Source: Deltaproteobacteria bacterium (lineage in GTDB: Bacteria > Myxococcota_A > Polyangia > Fen-1088). From it: a stretch of 64,000 nucleotides of DNA. How positions within the stretch are numbered: position 1 is the first letter of the stretch; each line of letters starts with the position of its first letter. Shown here in pieces: positions 38,349 through 49,508 of this stretch. The notes below the pieces were generated by a model. The model saw only the letters and a list, made by a program, of their open reading frames with translations. It was not told the DNA's origin and ran no database searches. The stretch covers positions 576,001 through 640,000 of the forward strand of contig JANRKS010000032.1 of NCBI GenBank assembly GCA_033763315.1. Direction: 5' to 3'. The position numbers and the translations under genes are program-made.

Positions 38349-40604
38349 ATGCAGGGGGGCCCGGCGACAACAGTGTTCAGCGAGCCGTTGTCGCGGCGAA
38401 CATGGCTGGGGATCGGCCTAGCCTCGTTGGTGTTGTTTTGTGTCGTCTATCTGTCGCCCCCCAACATCTTTGGCACCATCGATTGGGTCCGCATCCATGT
38501 GTTCTACAAGGACTACGCCCGTGCGGCCTTGTGGCAGGGCCGCTTGCCGTTGTGGAACCCACATATCTTCTTGGGCCGCCCGTTCTTGGCCGATGTGGAC
38601 GCGGCCACCTTGTTTTACCCGCTTGGTCTGCCGTATTTGCTTCTGCCCGCGGAAGTGGCGTGTGTGCTTGTGGGCGCCATCCACGTATTGCTGGCCGTCT
38701 ACGGCTCGCTGCGCTTGGCGGAGCGGTTAGGTGCCCGCCGCGCGCTGGGCATCGGCGTTGGGTTCGTCTTTGCCTTTTCCGCACCGATCGTCGGATCCTT
38801 TCACAGCGGCCTCGTTCACTATGGTCCGGCCCTGTGTTACGTGCCGTTGGTGTTTGCCCTGGTGATGCGGTTGCAAGATCGTGTTGCCACGGATCGGTTG
38901 AACCGCTTGCTTGCGATTTTGTCGCTGGTGCTGGGTTTGCAATTGTTGGCGGGGCACCCGCAAGCGGCTTGGTTGACCTGGCTAGGCGCGGCGAGCTTTC
39001 TGTTTGCACGCCGGTGGCAACGACCGTGGCCTCTGCGCCCCTTGTGCGTTGACGTGGGCTGCTTCGCGGTGGCCGTGTGTTTGGCATTGGGTTTGGCCAG
39101 CGTCACGTTGCTGCCGCTCGCTGAACTAAGTGCACAAAGCAACCGCGGCGAAGCGTCGCTCGATTTCTCCGCCGCTTTCGCCATGCCGCCTTATGCGTGG
39201 GCGTCTGCGTTGGTGCCGAGCGATCCCGCATTTTCATTCTTGGCGAACGCACAGCTTTACATCGGTCTTGCGCCCGCGATGGCCGCCGCGCTTGGCGCTT
39301 GCCTATGGAAGAATCGCAACGCGCGTGCATTGTTATTCGTTGCGGTCGTGGCGGCGCTGTTGGCCGCCGGGAACGCCACACCCTTGTTTCGCCTGTTCTA
39401 CTGGACCATTCCGGGCGTCAGCTCACTGCGCTTGCATTCGCGCGCGAGCGTGTTGGTGGCGTTCGCGCTTTTGTTCTTGGCGGTTGTGGCCGTGGGACAA
39501 TGGCAGGGGGGCCGCAACTCATCGACGGTTCGTCGCCCGCCCTCTTTGCTCATCGCGATGGCGCTGGTCCTCGTTGTGCAAACCGCATTTGTGTTGTGGT
39601 GGCCTGGTTTTGAGGGTCACCGCACCTGCCGTGTTGTGGTGCGCGTTGCATTGACGTTGGCGGCGGGCGGCACGCTGCTGTGGGCGTGGCCTTCCTTATC
39701 TCACCAAGGTATCAAGCGTCGATCACAATGGGCTTTGGTTGGGGTGATGGTGCTTGATTTGTCGTGGGCGGCGTGGGGACTCAAGCCGCAAAACCGCGAT
39801 GACGGCGATCGACCCAGCGAAGCCGCCCTCGCGCAAGCGGTGGCCACGGCGGCAAACGACGTGGCACCGGCGCGCGTCTCAATGCCACGGCCATACGCAC
39901 GCGAGAACGCTGGCATGAAGTACGGTTGGAGCAGCTTTACAGGTTACGCGGCCCTGTGTCTCGATCGTGTCTGGCACCACGCGCACGCGGTGTTGGGCCT
40001 ACCCGTGCCGCGGCAGCAGAATACGTACGTGGCAAAGCAGATCTTCTGGCAGGGGCCTTTTCCTTTCGACTCGATGAATCTGGCGCTGGGATTGGATCCG
40101 CAAACGCGCCAGCTTGTGGCAAAACGGGTGCCCGATCCGCGCGCTTATCTCGTCGGCGCCGCCGTGGTTGTCGCAGATCACCGCGAGGCCACGCGACGCA
40201 TGCAGGCAGGTCACAACATCCACGACGTGGCCCTTGTTGAATCCCCGGTGCGCTTGCCATCGCAGCGCCCAGGTGGCGTGGGTTCTGCGCGCCTGGCCGC
40301 GTTTGCGGCGGAGCGCATCGCTGTGGATGTGAACGCGAAAGCACCCGCGCTGATGGTTCTTGCCGAGGCGTGGTATCCGGGCTGGCAAGCGAAGGTCAAT
40401 GGCATGGATGCCCCCGTGATTCCCGTCAACGCTTGGATGCGGGGCGTGGTGGTGCCGCAGGGGTCATCTTCAGTGGTTTTCACTTACAGCTGCCGTCCCC
40501 TCGTGTGGGGCGCCTGCGCCACCCTCATAACCGCCGCCTGGGTCGCCGTTTTGTTTTTGCGTCGCCCTCGCTGTGGAGCCAAGTACCGTGTGGCAGAGGC
40601 ATAA
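38349..40604 (+). CDS. YfhO-family polytopic membrane protein (GT-C-like glycosyltransferase)
   Basis: LPLWNP....G.PFLAD....FYP, AGHPQ, many TMs, C-terminal EAWYPGWQA.VNG...P.N.WMRGV.VP.G. Confidence 0.82.
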   Translation: MQGGPATTVFSEPLSRRTWLGIGLASLVLFCVVYLSPPNIFGTIDWVRIHVFYKDYARAALWQGRLPLWNPHIFLGRPFLADVDAATLFYPLGLPYLLLPAEVACVLVGAIHVLLAVYGSLRLAERLGARRALGIGVGFVFAFSAPIVGSFHSGLVHYGPALCYVPLVFALVMRLQDRVATDRLNRLLAILSLVLGLQLLAGHPQAAWLTWLGAASFLFARRWQRPWPLRPLCVDVGCFAVAVCLALGLASVTLLPLAELSAQSNRGEASLDFSAAFAMPPYAWASALVPSDPAFSFLANAQLYIGLAPAMAAALGACLWKNRNARALLFVAVVAALLAAGNATPLFRLFYWTIPGVSSLRLHSRASVLVAFALLFLAVVAVGQWQGGRNSSTVRRPPSLLIAMALVLVVQTAFVLWWPGFEGHRTCRVVVRVALTLAAGGTLLWAWPSLSHQGIKRRSQWALVGVMVLDLSWAAWGLKPQNRDDGDRPSEAALAQAVATAANDVAPARVSMPRPYARENAGMKYGWSSFTGYAALCLDRVWHHAHAVLGLPVPRQQNTYVAKQIFWQGPFPFDSMNLALGLDPQTRQLVAKRVPDPRAYLVGAAVVVADHREATRRMQAGHNIHDVALVESPVRLPSQRPGGVGSARLAAFAAERIAVDVNAKAPALMVLAEAWYPGWQAKVNGMDAPVIPVNAWMRGVVVPQGSSSVVFTYSCRPLVWGACATLITAAWVAVLFLRRPRCGAKYRVAEA

Positions 40605-40746
40605 TGCCCCACGGGGCATAAACGGACGAACTTCGGTCGTTTTTGGATGGGCGCACTCGAGCGCATGCCCACTGGCCGCGAAACTGCCTCTCCTCACTCG
40701 CGAAACGTCCCCGACACAAAGGCTGAAACCGTCTGTTTACGATAGT

Positions 40747-40764
40747 TTTGGCACCGGTTTCGCT
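40747..40764 (+). promoter_or_regulatory. sigma54 promoter of amtB
   Basis: TTTGGCACCGGTTTCGCT: TGGCAC and GG-N10-GC, about 25 nt before the ATG; upstream inverted repeat ATGCCCC-AC-GGGGCAT at 40604-40619. Confidence 0.75.
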
Positions 40765-40788
40765 ACCTTCGCCCGCGGAGGAAAATGA

Positions 40789-42243
40789 ATGGCGGACCCA
40801 ACCTTAGGCGATCTTGCGAAGCAGATTACGGACACCCAGACGGCTTTGAACATCGTATGGACGATGGTCGCGGCGTTTCTCGTCATGTTCATGCAGGCAG
40901 GCTTCGCGCTCGTAGAAACCGGCCTCACCCGGGCCAAAAACGTGGCCCACACGATGGCCATGAACTTCCTCATCTATTCGATCGGCATCCTTGGCTTCTG
41001 GGCGATCGGCTTCGGGCTGCAAATGGGCGGCGTTGGTGCGCTGGCAACGCTGGGTGGCGACGCAACTCTGTCGAATGAATTCGCGGTGTCGTTGGGCGGC
41101 AAGGACTTCGGTCTGTTCGGCATGACCGGCTTCTTCTTGTCGCCCGCGGTGTTCACGCCGGCGGTCGCCGCGATGTTCATTTTCCAGATGATGTTTATGG
41201 ACACGACGTGCACGGTGCCTACGGGCGCGATGGCTGAACGCTGGCGCTTCTCAGGGTTCGTGATGTTCAGCTTCGCCATTGCCACTGTCATTTATCCCAT
41301 CTACGCCAACTGGGTGTGGGGCGGCGGTTGGCTGTCATTGCTTGGTAAGAATTTTGGTTTGGGGCACGGCCACGTCGATTTTGCTGGCAGCTCCGTGGTT
41401 CACATGACGGGCGGCGTGATGGCGCTTGTGTTGGCCAAGCTCTTGGGCCCTCGCATCGGCAAGTACGGCAAGGACGGGCGCCCGCGCGCCATTCCAGGCC
41501 ACAACGTTCCCATGGTTATTACAGGCACGTTTATCCTCGCCTTCGGCTGGTTCGGCTTCAACGCAGGCTCAACCCTCGCTGGCATGGACACGCGCCTCAC
41601 GGTGGTGGCCGTCAACACGATGCTGGCCTCGGCTGGCGGCGCCTTCACCTCTTACCTCTACATGAAGGTCCGCTTCGGCAAGCCGGATCCCACAATGATG
41701 TGCAACGGTATGCTCGCTGGTCTTGTGGCGATCACGGCTCCTTGTGCGTTCGTCACCGCGCCCGTCGCGGTTTTGATCGGTAGCTTGTCGGGCGTGCTGG
41801 TGATCGTCGCGGCGATGTTCATCGAGAACACATTGAAGATTGACGATCCCGTCGGCGCTGGCGCTGTTCACGGCGTCAACGGCGCCTGGGGCATCGTGGC
41901 CTTGGGCTTGTTCGCCGATGGTCGGTATGGCGATGGGCTCAACGGCGTGGCTGGCGGCGTGCGAGGGTTGTTCTATGGCGATGCTGGACAATTTATGGCC
42001 GAGCTGATCGGCATCTGCGCGAACGTTATGTGGGTGGGCGTCACGGCGGTGGTGGCCTATAAGGTGGTCAATGTCTTTTCGCCCCACCGGTCTTTGGCCG
42101 AGGACGAATTGTCAGGCCTCGACATTCCTGAAATGGGCATCGAAGGGTATCCGGTGGAACAGTCCCTGGCTGGCGCTCCCGCCAGCGCCACGGTAACCGC
42201 CCCCAAGACAGCGGCGGCTCCGGTTTTGGCCGACGCTCGTTAG
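40789..42243 (+). CDS. amtB: ammonium transporter
   Basis: MQAGFA.VE.G, GAMAER, DFAGSSVVH, GWFGFNAGS, DDPVGA..VHG (twin His). Confidence 0.97.
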   Translation: MADPTLGDLAKQITDTQTALNIVWTMVAAFLVMFMQAGFALVETGLTRAKNVAHTMAMNFLIYSIGILGFWAIGFGLQMGGVGALATLGGDATLSNEFAVSLGGKDFGLFGMTGFFLSPAVFTPAVAAMFIFQMMFMDTTCTVPTGAMAERWRFSGFVMFSFAIATVIYPIYANWVWGGGWLSLLGKNFGLGHGHVDFAGSSVVHMTGGVMALVLAKLLGPRIGKYGKDGRPRAIPGHNVPMVITGTFILAFGWFGFNAGSTLAGMDTRLTVVAVNTMLASAGGAFTSYLYMKVRFGKPDPTMMCNGMLAGLVAITAPCAFVTAPVAVLIGSLSGVLVIVAAMFIENTLKIDDPVGAGAVHGVNGAWGIVALGLFADGRYGDGLNGVAGGVRGLFYGDAGQFMAELIGICANVMWVGVTAVVAYKVVNVFSPHRSLAEDELSGLDIPEMGIEGYPVEQSLAGAPASATVTAPKTAAAPVLADAR

Positions 42244-42265
42244 GGTCAAGTGGGGCTTGGCCCGG

Positions 42266-42302
42266 AAGCGCCTCGGGGCTCACGCCTCTGAGGCGCTTTT
42301 TT
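42266..42302 (+). terminator. intrinsic terminator after amtB
   Basis: AAGCGCCTC...GAGGCGCTT stem with a T6 run. Confidence 0.75.
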
Positions 42303-42346
42303 ATGCGCCGAAACCGTCGTCACGTGAGATATCGTTTTGTAACAAA

Positions 42347-43717
42347 ATGAACCACGGAGCGCTTGGTTTGCCAGTCGGTGGCGCGTCTTCCCCTTTGGAT
42401 CGCGCCCGTGCGAAGGCCTACCTCCGCTTGCTGCCGTTGCTGTTTGTTAGCTTTGTGGTGGCCTACATTGATCGGGCCAACCTCGCGATTGCGAAGCTGT
42501 CGATGGTCAAAGACCTGCCCACCTTCGACAACGCGGTGTTTGGCTTGGGGGGCGGCTTGTTCTTCCTGGGTTACGTGTTGCTGGAGGTGCCGGGCACTTT
42601 GATTGTCGAGCGCTGGAGCGCGCGCCGTTGGCTGGGACGAATCATGGTGTCTTGGGGCGTGGTGGCCGCGCTGCAGGCGTTCGTAAAGGAGCCATGGCAG
42701 TTCTATACCGTTCGCTTCTTGCTTGGGCTGTCGGAAGCGGGATTCATGCCCGGCGTGATTGTGTATTTGTCGCACTGGTTCCCGCCGCGGGATCGTGCAC
42801 GTGCCACGGCCTTGTTCTTGATGGGTACGCCAGTGGCGCAGTTGATCAACCCCAAGGTTTCAGGGTGGTTGTTGACGTTGAGCGATCACGGCGCGGGGCC
42901 GCTGGGTTTGCTTGGGTGGCAATGGGTTTACGTGGGGTGGGCGATCCCAGCCGTGATTTTGGGCGTGTTGGTTTATCGAACGCTGCCAGATTGGCCGCAC
43001 CAAGCGCCGTGGTTGCCGTCTGATGAACTTCACGCGCTGACCGCGGCCTTGGACGCAGGCCGTGCCGCTCAGCTTGAGCGTGCGGGCCACATGACGGTCG
43101 GCGCCGCGTTCCGGAACCTGCGGGTGCTCGGCACGTCGCTCGCCTACTTCTTTGCCATCACCGCGTTCTATGGCATCGATCTGTTCGTGCCCAGCATTTT
43201 GGCCCGCTGGTACCATCTGCCGTTGTCGTCCTTGACGTGGTTGTTGGTGATCCCGGCGGCCACGTCGTTGCTGGCGCAGGTGCTGGCTGGGTGGAGTTCG
43301 GATCGTTTTGCCGAACGTAAGTGGCATGCGGTGGTGCCACTTGCGTGCGCGGGCGTCGCTTTGGCGTTCGTGCCATTGTCGCATGGCAATTTGGTCGCCA
43401 CGCTCGTGTTGTTTTCGGTTGCGACCGCAGGCATGAAAGCTTATCTGCCCGCCTTTTGGTGTTTGCCCAGTTTGTTCGTTTCGGGCTTGGCGGCGGCGGC
43501 CAGCGCGGGGTTCATCAACTCATTTGGCAACCTCGGCGGTTTTGTGGGCTCTTATGTTTTGGGTGGATGGGAAGCGCGCACGGGACGTTTTGAGGGCGGC
43601 GTGTACTTCATTGCTGTGTGCGCGGCGCTGGCGGCTGCCGGCGTGCTTTGGGTGGCGGCCTATCCTCGGCCGCAGGCCCAACGGGCAAGCGATCTGCGGC
43701 ACCGTCAGGTCAGTTAA
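42347..43717 (+). CDS. MFS transporter, anion:cation symporter (TtuB/RhmT-like) family
   Basis: YIDRAN, FFLGY..EVP, RFLLG..EAGF.PG, GWQW, WSSDR..ER.WH, INSFGNLGGF. Confidence 0.92.
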   Translation: MNHGALGLPVGGASSPLDRARAKAYLRLLPLLFVSFVVAYIDRANLAIAKLSMVKDLPTFDNAVFGLGGGLFFLGYVLLEVPGTLIVERWSARRWLGRIMVSWGVVAALQAFVKEPWQFYTVRFLLGLSEAGFMPGVIVYLSHWFPPRDRARATALFLMGTPVAQLINPKVSGWLLTLSDHGAGPLGLLGWQWVYVGWAIPAVILGVLVYRTLPDWPHQAPWLPSDELHALTAALDAGRAAQLERAGHMTVGAAFRNLRVLGTSLAYFFAITAFYGIDLFVPSILARWYHLPLSSLTWLLVIPAATSLLAQVLAGWSSDRFAERKWHAVVPLACAGVALAFVPLSHGNLVATLVLFSVATAGMKAYLPAFWCLPSLFVSGLAAAASAGFINSFGNLGGFVGSYVLGGWEARTGRFEGGVYFIAVCAALAAAGVLWVAAYPRPQAQRASDLRHRQVS

Positions 43718-43780
43718 ATGCACGGTCTTGGGCCGCTTCGAGTTGATCTGTCCGAAGCTGCGTGGTCAAACCTCACGCAT

Positions 43781-45256
43781 ATGTGTCGAGCGTGTCTTGT
43801 CGTGCTGGCGTGGGCGATGATGGCCGTGGGGGCGGCCCACGCGGCAGAGCCTGATCCCAATAAAGCTGCGGCTGACTTCGGCATGTTTCGGCAACCCTTG
43901 CCGGATCCGGACGGGCGCGTGCAAGGCAAGTGGGATTTCCCTCCCCTTCGGCCCTTGGCCGACAAGCGCGCCGGCGAAAACGTGCGCCGCACAATGACGC
44001 TGTTGACCGGCAGCACGCCGCAAAAACGCAACAAGCTGCGCGTGCTCATCTATGGCCAGTCGCTGTCAAAGCAAAGCTGGGCGGGGCGCGTGCGCGATGA
44101 ACTCATGCGGCGCTATCCAAGTGTGGACCTTGAATTTTATAACCGATCGATCGGAGGGTTCATCTCATCCATGCTCGTGCGCACACTTGAGCAAGATGTG
44201 ATCCCGCTTTATCCCGATCTGGTCGTCTTGCACGACTACGGCAGCGAGGACCTGTACGAAGACATCATTCGGCAGATCCGAACGCGCACCACCGCGGAAG
44301 TGATGGTGCAAACCGATCCGATCACGCCTGGCCAGAAGTTGTCGTGGCACGATGCGCACGCCAAATGGATGCGTGGCTTGGCAGAGCGTTGGCACCTTGA
44401 ACTTGTTGATATTCGGCAGGCTTGGGTCGACTACATCCAGCAACAAAAGATTTCGGTTGAGAAACTGTTGCTGGAAGACAAAGGTCACCTGAACGATTGG
44501 GGCAACTTCACTTGGGCCGAAGCAACCTTACAGCACTTTGTTCCGGCAAGTGGCGTTGGTGATCAAAGCCAAGGGAACACGGTCAACCCGGTTTCGGATG
44601 TTGTGGTGGGCGCCAATGTTAAGTGGATCGACAACGTGCTGCGTGTGCCATTCATCGGCAACCGCATCGATCTGATATCTCCCTTCGACGCCAAAGGGGC
44701 GGCGGCCCAGGTTTTGATCGATGGCAAAGCGCCTTCGCAATTCCCTCAGCTTTACACGTTCACGCGTCCGAACGCCGATGCGAACCGCGATTGGCCATGG
44801 GCCACGGGCGCCGTGATCCGCGTGGATTCGCGCGCGCCACTTGTCCTAGAAGACTGGACCGTAACGTTTAACTCAGTCGATAAAACGGGGAAGATCTTCG
44901 GCTTTGATGTGCAAGGATCGGTCACGGGTTACGACGGCAGCGGTGACACGGTGTCGCCCTTCGTGTCAAGGTCGGGCCGCGTGGCATTGTCGCCCGGTGA
45001 TTGGTTTTTGGAGCGTGTGCACGGGCGCAACGCGAACCGCATTGGCCCAGGCTACAACGTGACCTTCTCGGTGGTGTTACAGGGAAAGGATACGTTCATC
45101 GAAGCCGGCTGCGTGGATGCCGAGCGGCTTTGCTCAACCACCATCGCTGCTGGTTTGCCCAGCGGCCCCCACACGCTCGAATTGGTTCAAACAACAGCCG
45201 CGCGGCCCGCTCTTAACATGGTGCGCGTTTACAAACCGATGCAAGACGTGCGCTGA
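43781..45256 (+). CDS. secreted SGNH/GDSL hydrolase-like protein with C-terminal beta domains
   Basis: Signal peptide (AMMAVGAAHA); block I YGQSLS, block II NRSIGG, block V DKGHLN. Confidence 0.7.
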   Translation: MCRACLVVLAWAMMAVGAAHAAEPDPNKAAADFGMFRQPLPDPDGRVQGKWDFPPLRPLADKRAGENVRRTMTLLTGSTPQKRNKLRVLIYGQSLSKQSWAGRVRDELMRRYPSVDLEFYNRSIGGFISSMLVRTLEQDVIPLYPDLVVLHDYGSEDLYEDIIRQIRTRTTAEVMVQTDPITPGQKLSWHDAHAKWMRGLAERWHLELVDIRQAWVDYIQQQKISVEKLLLEDKGHLNDWGNFTWAEATLQHFVPASGVGDQSQGNTVNPVSDVVVGANVKWIDNVLRVPFIGNRIDLISPFDAKGAAAQVLIDGKAPSQFPQLYTFTRPNADANRDWPWATGAVIRVDSRAPLVLEDWTVTFNSVDKTGKIFGFDVQGSVTGYDGSGDTVSPFVSRSGRVALSPGDWFLERVHGRNANRIGPGYNVTFSVVLQGKDTFIEAGCVDAERLCSTTIAAGLPSGPHTLELVQTTAARPALNMVRVYKPMQDVR

Positions 45257-45263
45257 GCCGGCG

Positions 45264-45635
45264 TTAGCGCAGCTCGAAGTCGACGTGAATGTGGTTGCCG
45301 TCGGGATCGATCACATTCACTTGCACAAGCTTGAAGTCTTCCAATGTGCCGATGCGGTAGGCCACCCCGCAGGTTTCAAGATGCGCCAAGAACGCGGTTT
45401 GGTTTTGGGCGGCGAAGGCAAAGTGTTGCAGCCGCAAAGAATCACCGGGCGTGGGCGCCACATCGACGCCCACCAGATGCACCACGGGCTGCGTGCCTAC
45501 GTACATCCAGGCGCCCGGAAACGAGAAGGCCGGCCGTGGTCCCTGCGACATCCCCAAGACGTCGCGGTAGAACGCAATCATCTCCGCAAGCCGGTGGGTG
45601 CGCACATTGACGTGATTCAAACCCGTGAGAAACAC
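45264..45635 (-). CDS. VOC (glyoxalase/bleomycin resistance) family protein
   Basis: LNHVNVRT, FYRDVLG, RP.FSFPGAW, HFAF, DPDGN.I; GTG start at 45635 inferred. Confidence 0.88.
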   Translation of the reverse strand: MFLTGLNHVNVRTHRLAEMIAFYRDVLGMSQGPRPAFSFPGAWMYVGTQPVVHLVGVDVAPTPGDSLRLQHFAFAAQNQTAFLAHLETCGVAYRIGTLEDFKLVQVNVIDPDGNHIHVDFELR

Positions 45636-45733
45636 GCCGCCATCTTGCCAAAGGATCGCCCAAAAGAAAACGCGACCTACCATCGTAGATCGCGTTTGCT
45701 TGTGTTTGACGGCGCACACGAGTGCGCGCGGCT

Positions 45734-46492
45734 TTACATCTTGCAGCCGGTGAAGGTGTGCGTGCCTTGAGCGCCTTGTGTTTGGCTCTGGCTGCCGGCC
45801 TTCACCACCGCCCACCACTTCGCCGTGATTGTGCCGCCCGTGACGCACGAATTTGTCAACACGACGCTCTCAAACTTGATCAAGCTGCCGTAGTCGAACG
45901 AGAAGGATTGACCTTGCGCTGAGCCGCTGCCCTTCCAGGTGCCGCCCGCGGCGCCTTGGATGCTGGTGGCCGAAACGGTGATGTCGCCCTTCCAATTGTA
46001 AGTGAAATCGATGTCGGTCACGCCGCTGGTGCCCGCGCTTGTGGCGGAACCGTCGAGGGTTCCTTCCAGGCTCCACACAACTTTCTTGCCGCCGCCAGCC
46101 ACGTCGGTCGCGGTGACCGAGCCCGTCATGGTGAAGCCACCCGCGCCATACTTATCGAACACGCAGCCTGTGGCCGTGCAGCTCTTGGTGCCCGTGGTGC
46201 CTGCCTCTGCGTTCACCGCCGTCAACGCTTGGGTCAGCGCTTGGCCTCCGCCTTTGACCGCCGTCATGCCGGCAGAGCTCAATTGCAAAGCGCTGCCCGC
46301 AACCGTCTCGCCGCTGCCTGACGCCAACGCTTTGTTCAACATATCCGCCTGGCCTGCACTGGAATTCATGGCCTGTACGTCCGCGGTGCCTGTGGCCACC
46401 GAGGGGCCTTCGCTGATCCCGCCACCATCGTCGCCGCCACAGCCCATGCCCAAAACCGCCACCAACGAAGCCAAACAGGTCATCTTTTTCAT
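45734..46492 (-). CDS. Gly/Ser/Thr-rich lipoprotein of unknown function
   Basis: GGAGA RBS; MKKMTCLASLVAVLGMGC lipobox; beta-rich, with Cys pairs and a terminal FTGC. Confidence 0.8.
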   Translation of the reverse strand: MKKMTCLASLVAVLGMGCGGDDGGGISEGPSVATGTADVQAMNSSAGQADMLNKALASGSGETVAGSALQLSSAGMTAVKGGGQALTQALTAVNAEAGTTGTKSCTATGCVFDKYGAGGFTMTGSVTATDVAGGGKKVVWSLEGTLDGSATSAGTSGVTDIDFTYNWKGDITVSATSIQGAAGGTWKGSGSAQGQSFSFDYGSLIKFESVVLTNSCVTGGTITAKWWAVVKAGSQSQTQGAQGTHTFTGCKM

Positions 46493-46696
46493 CAATAGGT
46501 CTCCTTGAAGTGAATCTGCGCACCCACCGCGCGTGCAGGTCATCGACAAAAACGACCAAGGCTTTAGTCACCCGGGCGCAACAAGGTGATTTGGGGATCA
46601 CATGTCGCAGGGGCGCGCCGGCCCCAGCCGGCACACACCGCGGCTCTCGGCGCGCGGTCGGAACCATCTTCTGATGGTCGCTTCTTCTAATGATGG

Positions 46697-47632
<936 letters not shown>

Positions 47633-47685
47633 GCCTCGGACCCTACCGAAACACGTCGCCGACCGCTATGGTGAACGAGCTTGTC

Positions 47686-48468
47686 ATGACCAAGAAACCG
47701 CGCATGCGTGCTGATGACGCTTTGGTGGAGCAAGGGCTCGCCGCGCGTGAGAAGGCACACGCCCTCATTTTGGCGGGTGAAGTGTTGTGGGACGACAAGC
47801 CCATTCACAAGCCTGGTGAACTGTTGCCCACGTCTGCCGTATTGCGTCTGCGCAGCGAGCCGCAACCTTACGTGTCGCGTGGCGGTCTTAAACTGGCGCA
47901 CGCGCTCGACACATTTGCCATCGACGTGCGCGGCCTTGTGGCCGTTGACATCGGGGCCTCGACGGGGGGCTTTACTGATTGTTTGCTGCAAAGGGGCGCG
48001 GCGCGGGTTTATTGCGTGGATGTGGGCCATGGCCAACTTGCACATAAGGTGGCCATCGACCCGCGGGTGGTGGTGATCGATAAAACCAACATCCGCCACA
48101 TGCCGCCCGAGCGGCTGCCGGAGCGGCCCGCGCTGTGTGTGATCGATGTGTCGTTCATTTCTTTGCGCCTCGTTTTGCCCGCGCTGCCGCCGCTGCTTTT
48201 GCCAGGTGCGGCCGTGGTGGCTTTGGTAAAGCCACAGTTTGAGGTGAGCCGTGACAACATCGGCAAGGGGGGCATCGTGAGGGACGATGTGGCGAGGCAG
48301 GGTGCGCTCACGGGCGTGGCCGAGGCCGCGCGCGCACACGGCTTCGTTGTGCTTGGTGACACGGTTTCGCCCATCACGGGTGGCAAAGGCAACGTGGAGT
48401 TTTTGCTTGGGCTAACAACACCTGGCCCCCAACCGCCAAACTTCGGGTTATCTTCGGCAACGTCATGA
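47686..48468 (+). CDS. tlyA: TlyA family rRNA 2'-O-methyltransferase
   Basis: S4-like N-terminus, YVSRGGLKL, DIGASTGGFTD, DVSFISL, LVKPQFE, GNVEF. Confidence 0.95.
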   Translation: MTKKPRMRADDALVEQGLAAREKAHALILAGEVLWDDKPIHKPGELLPTSAVLRLRSEPQPYVSRGGLKLAHALDTFAIDVRGLVAVDIGASTGGFTDCLLQRGAARVYCVDVGHGQLAHKVAIDPRVVVIDKTNIRHMPPERLPERPALCVIDVSFISLRLVLPALPPLLLPGAAVVALVKPQFEVSRDNIGKGGIVRDDVARQGALTGVAEAARAHGFVVLGDTVSPITGGKGNVEFLLGLTTPGPQPPNFGLSSATS

Positions 48469-49508
48469 AGATCTTGTTAACGGGGGCGGCCGGATTCATC
48501 GGCTCACATCTGGCAGAACGCCTATGCGCCCGCGGCGATCAGGTGGTTGGCTTCGACAACTTCGATGCGTTTTACCCGCGCGCCAACAAAGAGCGAAATC
48601 TGACCAAGCTGCGCAAAGACAGTCGGTTTGCGTTGGTCGAAGGCGATCTGACGGTTCCCGGCGATCTTGATCGTGCCTTCACAGCCGCTGGCGGCCTGGT
48701 GGATGTTGTTGTGCACTTAGCCGCCTTGGCCGGCGTGCGGCCGTCGCTGAGCCAACCGGCGCGTTACGCCGAAGTCAACGTCACCGGCACGGTCAACGTG
48801 TTCGAGGCGGCGCGCAAACGCGACGTAAAGAAGGTTGTGTTCGCTTCGTCGTCCTCGGTCTACGGGGCAGGCAGCGTGGTGCCGTTTACGGAAACGGATG
48901 TTTGTGCCCAGCCGTTGTCGCCCTATGCGGCCACCAAGCGCGCTGGTGAATTGATGGCGTTCACAGAAAACCACGTGCATGGCACCGGCGTCACCTGCTT
49001 GCGCTTTTTCACCGTGTACGGCCCGCGCCAACGGCCCGATCTGGCGATTGCCAAGTTCACGCGCTTGATTGCGCTAGGGCAACAGATTGAGCTTTATGGC
49101 GATGGTCTCACCTCGCGCGATTACACGTGGGTGGACGACATCATTGATGGCGTGGTCGCGTCCATCGATCAGATGGCACGCGAACCTCAAGGACGCTTCC
49201 GCATCTACAATTTGGGTGGCTCCCAGACCACCACACTCAAAGGTTTGGTGGACATGATCGCCAAGGCGTTGAACAAAACGCCGCTGCTTGCTTGGAAGGC
49301 GGAGCAGCCGGGCGACATGAAACACACGCACGCCGATGTGGCGCTGGCAGGCCGGGAACTTGGTTACGCGCCCAAGGTGCATATCAGCGCGGGCATCGAA
49401 CGGTTTGTTGCCTGGTGGTGCACTGAGCACGCGGGCGAAATCAAGGCCGAAAAGCAGCGGATCGGCACGCTGCCGTACGGCGCCGATGTGAAGCCAGACG
49501 TTATTTAG
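48465..49508 (+). CDS. NAD-dependent epimerase (UDP-glucuronate 4-epimerase-like)
   Basis: TGAAGFIG, HLAALAGVRPS, ASSSSVYG, YAATK, RFFTVYGP..RPD.A. Confidence 0.9.
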   Translation: MKILLTGAAGFIGSHLAERLCARGDQVVGFDNFDAFYPRANKERNLTKLRKDSRFALVEGDLTVPGDLDRAFTAAGGLVDVVVHLAALAGVRPSLSQPARYAEVNVTGTVNVFEAARKRDVKKVVFASSSSVYGAGSVVPFTETDVCAQPLSPYAATKRAGELMAFTENHVHGTGVTCLRFFTVYGPRQRPDLAIAKFTRLIALGQQIELYGDGLTSRDYTWVDDIIDGVVASIDQMAREPQGRFRIYNLGGSQTTTLKGLVDMIAKALNKTPLLAWKAEQPGDMKHTHADVALAGRELGYAPKVHISAGIERFVAWWCTEHAGEIKAEKQRIGTLPYGADVKPDVI

